Source: Malacoraja senta (taxonomy: Eukaryota). Taken from it: 64,000 bases of DNA. This document shows, piece by piece, positions 12,056 to 23,957 of this stretch. Both the position numbers and the translations under genes were made by a program. A model generated the notes under the pieces. It was not told the DNA's origin, did not search any database, and saw only the letters and a list, made by a program, of their open reading frames with translations. How positions within the stretch are numbered: the first letter of the stretch is position 1; each line of letters starts with the position of its first letter. Where the stretch lies: assembly GCA_038087875.1 (NCBI GenBank), contig CM075988.1:18540001-18604000 (forward strand), in the 5' to 3' direction.

Positions 12056-12800
12056 AGAGAAACAAAAACAAAATGCTGGAGGAACAGGAGGGTCAGACAG
12101 CATCTGCAAAGGGTGAATCTGAAATCTGAAGTAGGGCTCTCGTCACCCATTCCTTCTATCCAGAGACGCTGCCAGTCACGCTGAGTTACTCCAGCATTTC
12201 GTGTCGATCTTCTGCAAAGGGAATGGCCTGATGATGATTTGGATCGGGACCCAGGTCCGTGGCACTGCAAGCCAGCAACTCTACTGCTGCACCTCTGTGC
12301 TGCCCAATCATTCCTGGGCTTGGAGAGAACACTTTTTCTGGGGACTTGATTTTTACTAAAGATGAAAAAGCTTTTCATGGAATTTTGTGGCAAGGAAAGT
12401 TCATACATCATGCTGTAGACGGCAAAAGCTGGAGTCACTCAGCGGGTCGAACAGCATCCCCGGAGAAAAGGAATAGATGACGTTTCGGGTCGACATCCTC
12501 CTTCAGAAGAACGGTCTTCAGATTCTGAGGAATGGTCTCGACCCGAAACGTCACCTATTCCTTTTCTCCAGTTAGAAACAATTAGATAGGTACATGGATA
12601 GGACAAGTTTGGAGGGGTATGGACCAAGCGCAGGCAGGTGGGGCTCGTGCAGCTGGGACAAGTTGTGGGCAAGTTGGGCCGAAGGCCTGCTTCCACACTG
12701 TATCACTCTATGACTCCATGCTGTCTGACCCGCTGAGTTACACCCAGCTTTTTGTGTCTATCCTCGGTTTAATCCAGCATCTGCAGTTCCTTCCTACACA
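12056..12800. repeat. Cluster of palindromic PLE fragments, a SINE head and a CR1 3' tail
   Basis: PLE unit at 12056-12212 and 12415-12800, the latter interrupted by a CR1 3'UTR at ~12575-12718. Confidence 0.65.
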
Positions 12801-12828
12801 AGTGGAGACCTGCACTGTCCCCAGCAAA

Positions 12829-12924
12829 GGTCTGTAGAAGGGTTTCGGCCCGAAACGTTACCTATTTCCTTCGCTCCATAGATGCTGCTGCACCCGCTGA
12901 GTTTTCTCCAGCATTTTTGTGTAC
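12829..12924 (+). mobile_element. 96-bp PLE-derived mini-element beginning with a hammerhead motif
   Basis: 14-bp TSD CTGTCCCCAGCAAA (12815-12828, 12925-12938); starts GGT-CTGTAGA-A-GGGT-TTCG-GCCC-GAAAC-GTT-ACC. Confidence 0.85.
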
Positions 12925-13589
12925 CTGTCCCCAGCAAAAGCTGGGCTGATATTTTTGCAAAGTGGGATTCAGGTCTGGCAGCAAACAGGGAGAGAGGGTA
13001 ACCTTCATTATCAAGAGCATTTTGTAGATAAAAGTGAGGTAGTTCCAACATTGAGCTGAGGTTGGGAGGGAGAGCGAGATAACAATGCTGGATTCCTTGC
13101 CTCTGACTCATGCCACAGTCAGGCAGAAGCCAGGCTCTGCTGATAATTAACAGTAAAAGCTGAAAAGTCTTTTGAGTTCCGTTTGTTTCAAGATGCATGG
13201 TGAATTATATAGAACTGCCGGGTAGAATTTTGTTTCGAAGTTTGTTTGATCTGGGAGCCATGACTGTTCTGTCCTTGCACGGGAATTATTGAGACTGAAA
13301 GATCTATGGAGAGTCAGTTCACTCACTGAGGAGATACAGAAGTCTGGCACAGAGACAGAGTCATAGATCTCTGGTGCCGTGCAGTCGCAGAGTACTGTAT
13401 TCACAGTCACAGAGGCATAGAGTTGTACCGCAAAGAAACTGGCCCTTTGGCTCATCACATCCAAGGCGTTTTTTAACTCATGCACACTAAAGGTGTACGT
13501 TGTCCAGATTTTGTCCATGGGTCATGGGGGAAGGAGCAGAATAATATTCCCAATAGGACGCCCTCTGATAAAGAGCTAGCACAGGATGG

Positions 13590-14240
13590 TTATAGAGTCA
13601 TAGAGTCATACAGCATGGAAACAGGCCCTTCAGCCCAACATGCCAACACCGATCAACATGGCCCATCTACATTAGTCCCACCTGGGGATCTTATTGAAAC
13701 ATATCAGATTGTTAAGGGTTTGGACACGCTGGAGGCAGGAAACATGTTCCCGATGTTGGGGAGTCCAGAACCAGGGGCCACAGTTTAAGAAATAATGGTA
13801 AGCCCATTTAGAACGGAGACGAGGAAACATTTTTCTCACAGAGAGTTGTGTGTGTGTGTGGAATTCTCTGCCTCAGAGGCTGGTGGAGGCAGGTTCTCTG
13901 GATGCTTTCAAGAGAGAGCTGGATAGGGCTCTTAAATGGATATGGGGAAAAGGCAGGAACGGGGTACTGATTGGGGATGATCAGCCATGATCACATTGAA
14001 TGGCGGTGCTGGCTCGAAGGGCCGAATGGCCTACTCCTGCACCTATTGTCTATTGTCTATTGTCTATTGTCTATTGTTCTATTGTCTATTGTCTATTGCC
14101 CGTGCTTGGCCCATAACCCTCTAAACGTATCCTATCCATGTACCTGTCCAAATGTGTCTTAAATGTTATGATAGTACCTGCTTGAACACATCCTCCGGCA
14201 GCTCATTCCATATACTTAGCACTCTTTGTGTCCAAATCCT
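13590..14240. mobile_element. CR1 3' fragment (+, 13684-14098, (CTATTGT)n tail) nested in a CR1/HER1 3' fragment (-)
   Basis: GDLIETYQIVKGLD...MFPMLG translation; the flanks are a reverse-strand CR1 3'UTR. Confidence 0.75.
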
Positions 14241-14251
14241 CTCTCACTTAA

Positions 14252-14475
14252 AGTGTAGGAAGGAACTGCAGATGCTGGTTTAAAACAAAGATATACACAA
14301 AAAGCTGGAGTAACTCAGCGGGACAGGCAGCATCTCTGAAGAGAAGGAATGGGTAACGTTTTGGGTCCTTTTAAACCTTCTGAAGAAGTGTCTCAACCCG
14401 AAACTTCATCTATTCCTTCTCTCAAGAGATGCTGCTTGTCCCGCTGAGTTACTCCAGCTTTTTGTGTGTCTATAT
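14252..14475. mobile_element. Palindromic Penelope-derived element
   Basis: Inverted arms acacaaaaagctggagtaactcagcgggaca / tgtcccgctgagttactccagctttttgtgt around CTGAAGAAGTGTCTCAACCCGAAAC. Confidence 0.8.
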
Positions 14476-15253
14476 TCTCTCACTTATATATTTGTAAAGG
14501 AGCTGGGGTCACAGCATGGGAACAGGCCCTGTGGATCACCTTGCCCATGCCGGCCAAGTTAGCCTACTGGGCAAGTTCCATTGGCCTACATTTGGACCAT
14601 ATCCTTCTAACCCCCTCCCATCCATATATCTGTCCAAATGTCTTTTACTAGTGGCTCATTGTTACAGTACAGAAGACACGGCGGCCATTTTCACACCAGA
14701 AACTCTCACAAACAGCAACGCATTGATGCTCAGACAGCATCCGATAATCATTACTCACAGATGGGTAGATATTAGCCAGGACACCAAGGAGAACCATCTG
14801 CACTTCTTCAAATTGGCGCAGTGACATAGTGTACACCTATTTGAGAGAAGTGAACTCATTTGAGGCCTACCTGGAAACTGAGTATCTTCAACCATATTCC
14901 AGAGATGCTGCCTGGCTCGCTGAGCTCCTCTGGGTCTTTTTTCCCCATTATGAATATTGATTTAGTCACTGGTCACAGGGGAGCAGTTTGACCAAAAGCA
15001 TCGAGACATGCAACTGGAAAGGCTTCTAGCTTCTCCAGAGTGATAGGTTTTAGTGTGCAGAGTACTGACTGACTGGCCACTGACTGACAGTAATGAGATG
15101 AGGACCTCTTCACCTCTTCACCGCAGCTCGCGTTTCCTCCTTGTATTCATCTTGTTCGTGCTGAACGTCAGATCACTTACAGACGTTACCATCAGAGGTC
15201 CAACTCTGGGGAAACCTACAACCAGTATTGGCGAGGTACCTAATCCCGAGGAC

Positions 15254-15508
15254 AGGGTGGCGCAGCAGTAGAGTTGCTGCCTTACAGCGCCAGAGACCCG
15301 GGCTACGGCGCTGTCTGCACGGAGTTTGTAAGTTCTCCCCGTGACCTGCGTGGGTCTTCTCCAGGTGCTCTGGTTTCTTCCCACACTCCAAAGGCGTACA
15401 GATTTGTACGTAAATTGTCCCTGGTGTGTAGGATAGCATTAATGTGAGGGATCGCTGGTCGGCGCGGACGCGGTGGGCCGGAGGGCTGTATCTCTAAACT
15501 GAACTAAG
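15254..15508 (+). mobile_element. HE1-type V-SINE (internally deleted)
   Basis: gtggcgcagcagtagagttgctgccttacagcgccagagaccc head, V-domain, tail. Confidence 0.82.
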
Positions 15509-15669
15509 ACACCACCCAATGGTTCAATGGTACTTTATTGCCATGTACCTCGATACAGTGAAATTCTTTGTTTTGTATACAATTCAGTAAAATCCACCTT
15601 TACATAAGCACAAGCAGAAAGGTGCGAAGGTGCAACAACTGTAATGTAAGGATTGTAAACTTCACTGAG

Positions 15670-16270
15670 GCAGTATCTCCGAGGATCCTCCAGTGCTTTT
15701 ACTCAGCGGCTGTGGAAAGCATCTTGTCCGGAAATATTACAATCTGGTTTGGGAATTGCTCTGCCCAGGACAAGAAGGGCTCTGCAGAGAGTAGTGCGTT
15801 CGGCCGAACGCACAATGGAAACTACACTCGCCCCCTGCAGGAACTATACATCAGGAGGTGAAACTCCAGAGCCAATAAGATCATGGGAGACCCCCTTCCA
15901 CCCCAGCAACGGACTGTTCCAGCTGCTACGGTCAGGCAAACGCCTCCGTTGCCATGCTGTGAGAACGGAAAGGTTGAGAAGGAGTTTCTTCCCAGAGGCC
16001 ATTAGGACTGTAAACTCCACCAGGGACTAACTCTACTGCACCATTCTACTGTTTTTTAAAAGAAATTGCTGTTTTTTTTCCCTTTTTCCTTCCGGCCACA
16101 ATATTGAATATGTAAAAGAATATGTGATTCTATTCTTCCATTCTGTTTGTAGTTTGTTTGTTTGTTTGTTGGGTTTTTTTGCACAAAGCCCGCAGCATTG
16201 CCGCTTTTCATTTCACTGCACATCTCGTATATGTGTATGTGACGAATAAACTTGACTTGACTTGACTTGA
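15670..16270 (+). mobile_element. Rex1/Babar LINE 3' fragment
   Basis: FYSAAVESILSGNITIWFGN...LQRVVRSAE...HPSNGLFQLLRSGKRLR...SFFPEAIR; AATAAA(CTTGA)n tail. Confidence 0.85.
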
Positions 16271-16607
16271 CACAAGTTTCGGCACCATTTTGTGTCCTTC
16301 AATTTTCAAGTTCTTAAAATGGAGTCCTAGCTCAGTTGGCCTTGCAGTCCTGTTGTCATGGCGGCGGCACTGTGTGAGTGTTGCTGGGGTCGCCTGGCTT
16401 GGCAATGCTGCCGATGTCCTCCACCGCTGCGCTTGGTAACAGGGAACTATCGGAGAAATCCTTGCCTGCAGTCCTTGAGACCGTTTAGCAAGCTGATCTC
16501 TCCTGTGACATTGTAAAGTAAGATTAAGTCAGGCACCATCCATGGAAAGACAAACAGAGCTATTTTTTTTTCAGGTCAATGTCCTTTCATCAGATACTGC
16601 CTGACCT

Positions 16608-16896
16608 TTTAGTTTCGTTTACTTCAGAGATGCAGTGCGGAAACAGGGCTCTATGGCCCACCGAGTCCACACCGACCTGCAATCCCCACACACTAACGCT
16701 ATCCTACACATACTAGGGATAATGTACAATTATACCAAGCCAATTAACCTACACACCTGTACGTCTCTGGAGTGTGGAAACAAACTGAAACTCCCAGAGA
16801 AAACCCACAGAGGTCACGGGGAGAACGTACAAACTCCACCCGTAGTTAGGGTCGAACCCGGGTCTTTGGCGCTGTAAGGCAGCAACTCTACCGCTG
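16608..16896 (-). mobile_element. HE1-type V-SINE
   Basis: Homology to the other copies. Confidence 0.8.
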
Positions 16897-17240
16897 AGTG
16901 AAAGGCTTGGATAGAGTAGATGTGGAGAGGATGTTTCCACCAGTGGGAGAGTCGAGGACTAAAGGTCAAAGCCTCAGAATTAAAGGATGTTCCTTTAGGG
17001 AGGAGATGATGAGGAGTTTCTTTAGACAGAGGATGGTGAATCTGTAAAATTATTTGCCACAGAAGGTTATGGAGGCCATGTCATGGGGTATTTTTAAGGC
17101 AGAGATTGACAGATTCTTGATTGTCAGGGATTATGGGGCGAAGGCAGGGGAATGGGGTTAGGAGGGAGAGATAGATCAGCCGTGCTTGATTGGCGGAGTA
17201 GACTTGATGGGCCAAATGGCCCATGACCGTATGACCCTTA
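16897..17240 (+). mobile_element. CR1 3' fragment
   Basis: KGLDRVDVERMFP...RTKG coding remnant plus 3'UTR; related to 59797-60335. Confidence 0.78.
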
Positions 17241-17771
17241 AGAGCCTGTGACCTGCTGAGTATTTCTATATTCATCTGTTTTTATTTCAGAATGTGTTTT
17301 TCTTTTAACTTTTATTGATTTAATTATGAATTTAGATGATTAATCACTGTGCAAGTTTTGCTTGCAGTCTCATTGCCGCAATCTATCATCATATTTCTGT
17401 CAGCTTAGAGATACCAACAATATTAATCATTTGATAATAAACTGGTGGGGTGACTGAGAACTCTATCTCACAGAATGGGGTCATCAGTTGGCTAGTGTAG
17501 AGCACACTGTCGTCTGATGAACAATGCTGAGGAAATAAGATGACTTATGGGCAACTGGTTCTTTCTGCAAGGAACTGCAGATGCTGGTTTACGAAGACAG
17601 GCACAAAGTGTCGGAGTAACTCAACGGATCGGGCAGCATCTCTGGATTGGTGATGTTTCGGGTTGAGACCCTTCTTCAGACTGAATAAGGGCAGTAATAG
17701 GCCACTTGCTCCTTCACACCTGCTCTACCAGATGATATGATCAAGGTTTTTCTAAATTGGCCTCAACCCAC

Positions 17772-18082
17772 TGGCCCAGCGGTAGAGTTGCTGCCTCACC
17801 ATGCCAGAGACCCAGGTTCGACCCTGACAACGGGTGCTGTCAGTATGGAGTTTGTACATTCTTCCTGTGACCGCGTGGGTTTTCTCCAGCTGCTCTGGTT
17901 TCATCCCACATTCCAAAGACATACAGGTCTGTAGGTCAATTGACTTTGGTTAAAAAGTGTAATTTGTTCCTAGTGTGTGGGATGGTTTTAGTGTACGGGT
18001 GATCGCTGGTTGGCACAGACTCGGTGGGCTGAAGGGCCTATTTCTGCACTGTGTGTCTAAACTAAACTAAACTAAACTAAAC
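17772..18082 (+). mobile_element. HE1-type V-SINE
   Basis: B-box ggttcgaccc, V-domain, (CTAAA)n tail. Confidence 0.85.
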
Positions 18083-18419
18083 TTTCCATTCACGTTCACC
18101 CCACTACTTCTTCTCAGCAAAGTATGAATGTTGTTTTGAAAAGTTTCGTTGAATAGGCAAATGTTTGCTTATTCATAAAGCACTGTTGATGAAGAACTGG
18201 TTCAGAAATTTGCAGGTGGATGAATGTCTCAGAGAAACTGCTGTGCACTTTTAGAGATCGGACATTAATCAGATTAATGAACAAGTGCGGTTGGAGAGAT
18301 CACCACAGGAATAAGGAAAAATACAGGAGCAGTTTCTGCAATAGAGTCCGTACACACACTAGGAAGTGACAGCAACATTTAAGAACTTGATAAAGGTGTT
18401 TGGATAAGTATTACGTGTT

Positions 18420-18845
18420 TCACCGAATGCAAATCAGATAAGAAAAGTTTTACCTGGAGTTGGGGAACAAAGAACCAGAGGAAGTAGGTTATAGGTGAGG
18501 GGGGAAAAGATATAACGGAAACCTGAGGGACAACGTTTCACACAGAGGGTGGTGGCTATATGGAACGAGCTGCTGGAGGAAAGAGTTGAGGCAGGTGGAA
18601 TAGCAACGTTTAAAAGACATTTGGAACAGGAAGGTTTCGAAGGATATGCGCCAAATGCAGGCAGGAGAGAGTAGCTTAGATAAGGCATCTTGATCAGTAT
18701 GGACGAGTTGGGTCTGAAGAAAAAAGGCTCTCGACCCGAAATGTCACCTATTCCTTCACTCCAGACGTGTTGCCTGACCCGCTGAGTTACTCCAGCATTT
18801 TGTGTCTATCTTGGGCCAAAGGCCTTGTTTCCATAGTGTATGACT
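18420..18845 (+). mobile_element. Old CR1 3' fragment with a PLE fragment inserted (18711-18812)
   Basis: Degenerate RTRG...FTQRVVAIWNEL remnant. Confidence 0.65.
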
Positions 18846-19455
18846 CAAGGACTATTATATCTAGCCTGCCACATCCCACCACGACTTTACAGCCTGAGAT
18901 ACAGCACCCTGCCGCAAGAATCATAGAACCATAGAAAGTAGGTGCGAGAGCAGACCACCAGGTCCATCGAGCCCGCACCGCCATTCGCTCATGGCTGAAC
19001 ACCAAACAAACAAACACCCCCACCCACAAACAGTAGACACAAGACACAGAACACAAGACACTACCCTCCCCTTTATAGCGCTATCACCCCTCTCCACCCC
19101 AAGAACCGAGTGATCTCCTGGGGGAGGCAAAAAAACGGATAAAAACCCAGGTCCAATTCGGGAAAAAAAAATCCGGGAAATTCCTCTCCGACCCAATCCA
19201 GGCGATCGACACTTGTCCAGGAGATCACTCAGGTCTTACTATACTAACCCTACCTAGGTCCCTATCCCTGCCCTCTCCCCGTAGCCCCTTATCCCCTTGG
19301 CAGCTAAAAAACCATCTATTTTAGACTTAAATATATTTAATGTTTCTGCTTCCACTGCTCCCTGGGGCAGTGAATTCCATAAATTAACCACCCTCTGGGT
19401 GAAGAAGTTCTTCCTCATCTCAGTTTTAAAAGAGCCCCCCTTATTCTACAACTAT

Positions 19456-20292
19456 TGATTTGATTTTGATTTTGATTTGATTTATTTCTTGTCATTTGAA
19501 CCTCAAAGAGGCTCAAACGAAACTCTGTTTCCACAGCCATACAAACAAAACAATTCCTACAAGACACACAAACAATTCAATTTACAGAAAAACATCCATC
19601 ACAGTGAATCTCCTCCTCACTGTGATGGAAGGCAAAGTCTTTTCTCTCCCCTGCCCCATTTTTCTCCCGATGTTGAAGCCCCAGGCGGGCAATGTTAAGT
19701 CCCACGGCCGTTGAGGGCGCGCCGGGCGGTATACGGCCTCGCTCCGGGCCCAAAAGTCACAAAGTTGGAGCCCCGGCGGGCGCTGGATTTACGGCCCCGC
19801 TCCGGGTCGTTCCAACCCCGCGACTCGAGCTGGAGAAGTTGCGTTGCGGGAGCTCCGGAAAACGGTCTCTCACCCGGACCCGCGAACTCCCGATATCATT
19901 GTCCACAGGTCTGCAGCTGGAGCTCCGGAGTCGGGCCGCAGCAACGAGCCACCACCGCTCCCCGCGCTCCGAGGCCGGCCAGCCCCACGATGGTGAGTCC
20001 GCAGCTCCACAGGCTCCGCGACTGGAGCCCCCCAGGTCGTCCCGGTCGGAGGCCGCTCCACGGAGCTGGGCCCCAACGACAACGGAGACCCGACAGGGAA
20101 AAGGTCGGGTCTCCCGTGCAGGGAAGAGATTTTTAAAGTTTCCCCCTCCCCCCCCCCCCCCCGCCCCCCACATATACACAATTAAAACAGTACAAAAAAA
20201 ACACAAACAACTACATTTAACTAGACAAAAATTAAAAAAAAAGACAGACGGGCTGTAGGGGCCGCTGCAGTAATCCGCGCCGCCGCACACAC
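19456..20292 (-). mobile_element. GC-rich non-autonomous retroposon (copy 1; Rex1-like tail)
   Basis: 5-bp TSD ACTAT (19451-19455, 20293-20297); AATAAA + (AATCA)n tail on the minus strand; interrupts CR1 ORF2. Confidence 0.85.
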
Positions 20293-23054
20293 ACTATGTC
20301 CCCTAGTTCTAGTTTCCCCGATCATTGGGAACATCCTCGGTGCATCCACCCGATCAAGGCCCCTCACGATCTTATATGTTTCAATGAGATCGCCTCTCAT
20401 TCTTCTAAACTCCAAAGAGTAGAGTTCCAGCCTACTTAACCTTTCCTCATATGTCAATCCCCTCATTGCAGGAATTAATCTTGTAAACCTTCGCTGCACT
20501 GCCTCCAGGGCCAGTACATCCTTTCTTAAGTATGGACCCCAGAACTGTACACAGTATTCCAAATGTGGTCTCACTAATACTGTGTACAGCTGCAGCAAGA
20601 CCTCCGTGTTTTTATACTCAATCCCCCTAGCAATAAAGGCCAAAACTCCATTGGCCTTCCTGATATCTTGCTGCACCTGCATACTAACTTTTAGTGATTC
20701 ATGTACTACTACCCCTAGATCCCTTTGCGTTGCATTACAGCGCAGCTCCTCCTCATTTAGAAAATAACTTGCCCTATCATTTTTTTTCCCAAAGTGAATG
20801 ACTTCACATTTATTAGTATTAAATTTCATCTGCCAAGTTGTTGCCCACTCACCTAGCTTATCTATATCCTTTTGCAGACTCTTCCTATCCTCCTCATCCC
20901 CTACTTTTCTTCCCATTTTTGTATCGTCCGCAAATTTTGATATATTACACTTGGTTCCCTCCTCCAAATCATTTATATAAATTGTGAACAACTGGGGTCC
21001 CAGCACCGACCCTTGCGGAACCCCGCTAGTTACCGGTTGCCATCCCGAATATGAACCATTTATCCCCACTCTCTGCTTCCTATTTGTTAGCCAATCCTCT
21101 ACCCATGCTAATATATTACCCCCAATCCCATAATTTTTTATTTTTAGCAATAGTCTCTTATGTGGCACCTTGTCAAAAGCCTTTTGGAAGTCCAAGTATA
21201 CCACATCCACCGGTTCCCCTTTATCCACCCGGGTTGTTACTTCCTCAAAGAATTCGAGCAGATTCGTTAAACAGGACTTCCCCTTCACAAAACCATGCTG
21301 GTTCTGTCCGATGAAGTCATGTCTATCCAAGTGCCCCGTTAGTGTTTCTTTAATAATTGTCTCTAACATTTTACCCACCACCGATGTTAGACTAACCGGT
21401 CTATAGTTACCCGCCTTCTGTTTACTTCCTTTTTTAAATATAGGTGTTACATTGGCCAATTTCCAATCCACTGGGACCGTTCCTGCCTCCAGGGAGTTTT
21501 GGAAAATTATCACCAATGCATCCACAATCCCCACCGCTATCTCCCTCAAGACCCTTGGATGTAATCCATCAGGCCCAGGGGATTTATCCTCCTTCAGTCT
21601 CATTAATTTCCCTAATACCACCTCCTTGGTGATCTTAATAGTATTTAGCTCCTCCATTCCTACCGCCCCCTGTTTATCCAGCGTTGGAATATTTTTTGTG
21701 TCTTCTATGGTGAAGACTGATACAAAATACTCGTTTAATGCCTTTGCCATTTCCATGTTCCCCACCAACAACTCTCCAGTCTCACCCTCCAATGGACCAA
21801 CGTTCACCTTAGCCACCCTTTTTCTTTTTATATAGCTATAAAAACTCTTACTATTAGTTTTTATGTTGTTCGCTAAATTCCTTTCATAGTCTATTTTCCC
21901 CGTCTTAATTAATCTCTTAGTTATTTTTTGCTGACCTTTAAATGCTTCCCAATCCTCTACCCTCCCACTATCTCTGGCTACCTTATATGCCCTTGCCTTC
22001 AGCCGAATACTATCCTTTATAGTTTTACTGAGCCATGGCTGACTGTTCTTACCCTTACCCCTTTTTTTCTTCATAGGAATAAATTTTTTCTTGAAGGTTA
22101 TACAGTAGATCCTTAAACGTACACCACTGCTCATGTACCGTCTTATTCTTGAGTCTGCTATCCCAGTACTTTGATCAGCTCAGTCCTCATACCTTCATAA
22201 TCCCCCTTATTTAGACTAAGTACCCTAGCCTGAGTTTCAACCTGCTCCCCTTCTATTTGAATATGGAATTCGACCATATTGTGGTCACTTGTTCCCAACG
22301 AGTCCCTAACTATGACATTTTTAATTAATCCTGCTTCATTACACAGGACCAGATCCAAGATTGCCTCCCCCCTTGTCGGTTCTGTGACATACTGTTCTAG
22401 GAACCCGTCTCTAATACATTCTATAAACTCTTCCTCTAGTTTACCCTGCCCAGTTTGGTTTGCCCAATTAATATGAAAATTAAAGTCCCCCATGATTACA
22501 GCAGTTCCCTTTTTACATGCGTCAACTATTTGCAGATTTATGTTCTGACTAACAGCGTCACAGCTATTTGGAGGTCTATAAATTACACCCACTAGTGTTT
22601 TTTTCCCCTTGTTATTCTCTATCTGTACCCAAGCTGTTTCACTATCCTGATCCTTCAACGCAATATCCTTCCTCTCTATTGCCGTTATTCCCTCCCTTAT
22701 TAAAAGGGCCACCCCTCCTCCCTTTCTTTCCTGTCTATTTTTTCTAATTGTCGAGTACCCCTCTATATTTAACTCCCAGTCCTGATCCCCTTGCAGCCAT
22801 GTCTCCGTAATGGCCACGATATCATAACTATATATACTTAATTGCACCGTTAATTCATTTATCTTATTTCGAATACTCCGTGCATTTAGATACAGCACTT
22901 TCAGATGATTTTTACTACCCTTCCTTTCTGTTTTTGCCTCTTTTACATCTAGAGCTTTATCTTCACACATTCTGAATCCTCCTGTCACATTTTGATTTTC
23001 CGTTTCCCCACTGATACCCTGCTCTATTTCCTCTACCCCTGCCGTTATTACCAC
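20293..23054 (-). pseudogene. CR1 ORF2 (APE endonuclease + RT), frameshifted near 22080-22170 and split near its C-terminus by an insertion
   Basis: YLNARS, ITETW, GGGV, GDFN, SDHN (APE); SPGPDG, NYRPVSLTS, QHGF, PQGSVLGP, FADD (RT). The last codons continue at ~19270-19455. Confidence 0.92.
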
Positions 23055-23077
23055 CCTTGATACCTCCCCCCCGCTAC

Positions 23078-23586
23078 TTAGTTTAAAGACCTCTCTACTG
23101 CCCTAGTTATATGATTTGCCAGGACCCCAGTCCCAGCACCGTTCAGGTGAAGTCCGTCCTTACAGAACAGATCCCCCCTGTCCCAGTACTGGTGCCAGTG
23201 GCCCAAGAAACCAAACCCATTATTCCCACACCAGTCTTTGAGCCACGCATTCAGCTTTTTAATTTTACGTACTCTCGCCGATTTGGCCCGTGGCTCAGGT
23301 AGCAATCCGGAGATCAGTACCCTCGAGGTTCTGCTTTTTAATTTATTCCCTAACTGCTCAAACTCCTTCAGCAGATCCTCCTTCCTCGTCCTTCCTATGT
23401 CATTGGTCCCCACATGGACCACGACCACTGGATCCTCCCCCTCCCTCTGCAAATTTCTCTCCAGCATCGCAGAGATATCCTTAACCCTAGCACCGGGTAG
23501 GCAACACAGCCTTCGGGACATGTTCTGCTGGCCACAGAGAACCTTATCTACCCCCCGAATAATACTATCCCCTATCACAACGGTAG
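23078..23586 (-). pseudogene. CR1 ORF1 C-terminal SGNH/GDSL esterase-like domain (N-terminally truncated)
   Basis: VVIGDS, LPGA, HVGTND and DGLHLN blocks. Confidence 0.9.
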
Positions 23587-23653
23587 GAATCATGCAGCCA
23601 TTTTCTGCACAGATATCTCCAATATGACGAGATCTAATTTAGTGACACAGAAT

Positions 23654-23957
23654 CAGGGGCGGAAATCCGGGGGGGGGGGGGGACAGGGGGGGGACACGCG
23701 TTGAGAGGTGGGGGCAATCCCCCCCCCCCCATGTTTTGTAATCCGGGCCGATTGAAGCCCCACGAATCGGGTCGGACGAAGCTGCTGTTGCTGGAGTTCA
23801 CCAACCAGATCAGCTCCTGATGTTACCGTCCACAGGGCCCACGGCCGAAGCCTCGTATGTGTGTGTGTGTGTGTGCGTGTGTGAGTGTGCACATGCGCGC
23901 GCGCGGCCGCCAAGAAATTGTGTCCCCCGCATGTTTTGATAGCGATTTCCGTGCCTG
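23654..23957. mobile_element. hAT-type MITE (CAGGGGCGGAAA termini)
   Basis: TIRs CAGGGGCGGAAATC / GATTTCCGTGCCTG; both ends shared with 47865-48642. Confidence 0.8.

Larger units (their letters stand above)
18925..23586 (-). mobile_element. CR1 LINE family A, 5'-truncated within ORF1, interrupted at 19456-20292
   Basis: 7-bp TSD GAATCAT (18918-18924, 23587-23593); ORF1 SGNH domain, APE and RT domains, 3'UTR with (TTCTATG)-type tail. Confidence 0.95.

Noticed and set aside
13147..13518. 123-aa minus-strand ORF as a host gene
   Set aside because: No recognisable domain and no convincing splice context.
19692..20290. Overlapping Arg/Pro/Ala-rich ORFs (also 45652-46304 and 57346-58153)
   Set aside because: Stop-poor GC-rich repeat open on both strands; no protein motif and no frame conserved between copies.
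20221..20292. Novel hydrophobic C-terminus on the 637-aa RT ORF
   Set aside because: Read-through into the inserted element; the real CR1 end resumes at 19455.
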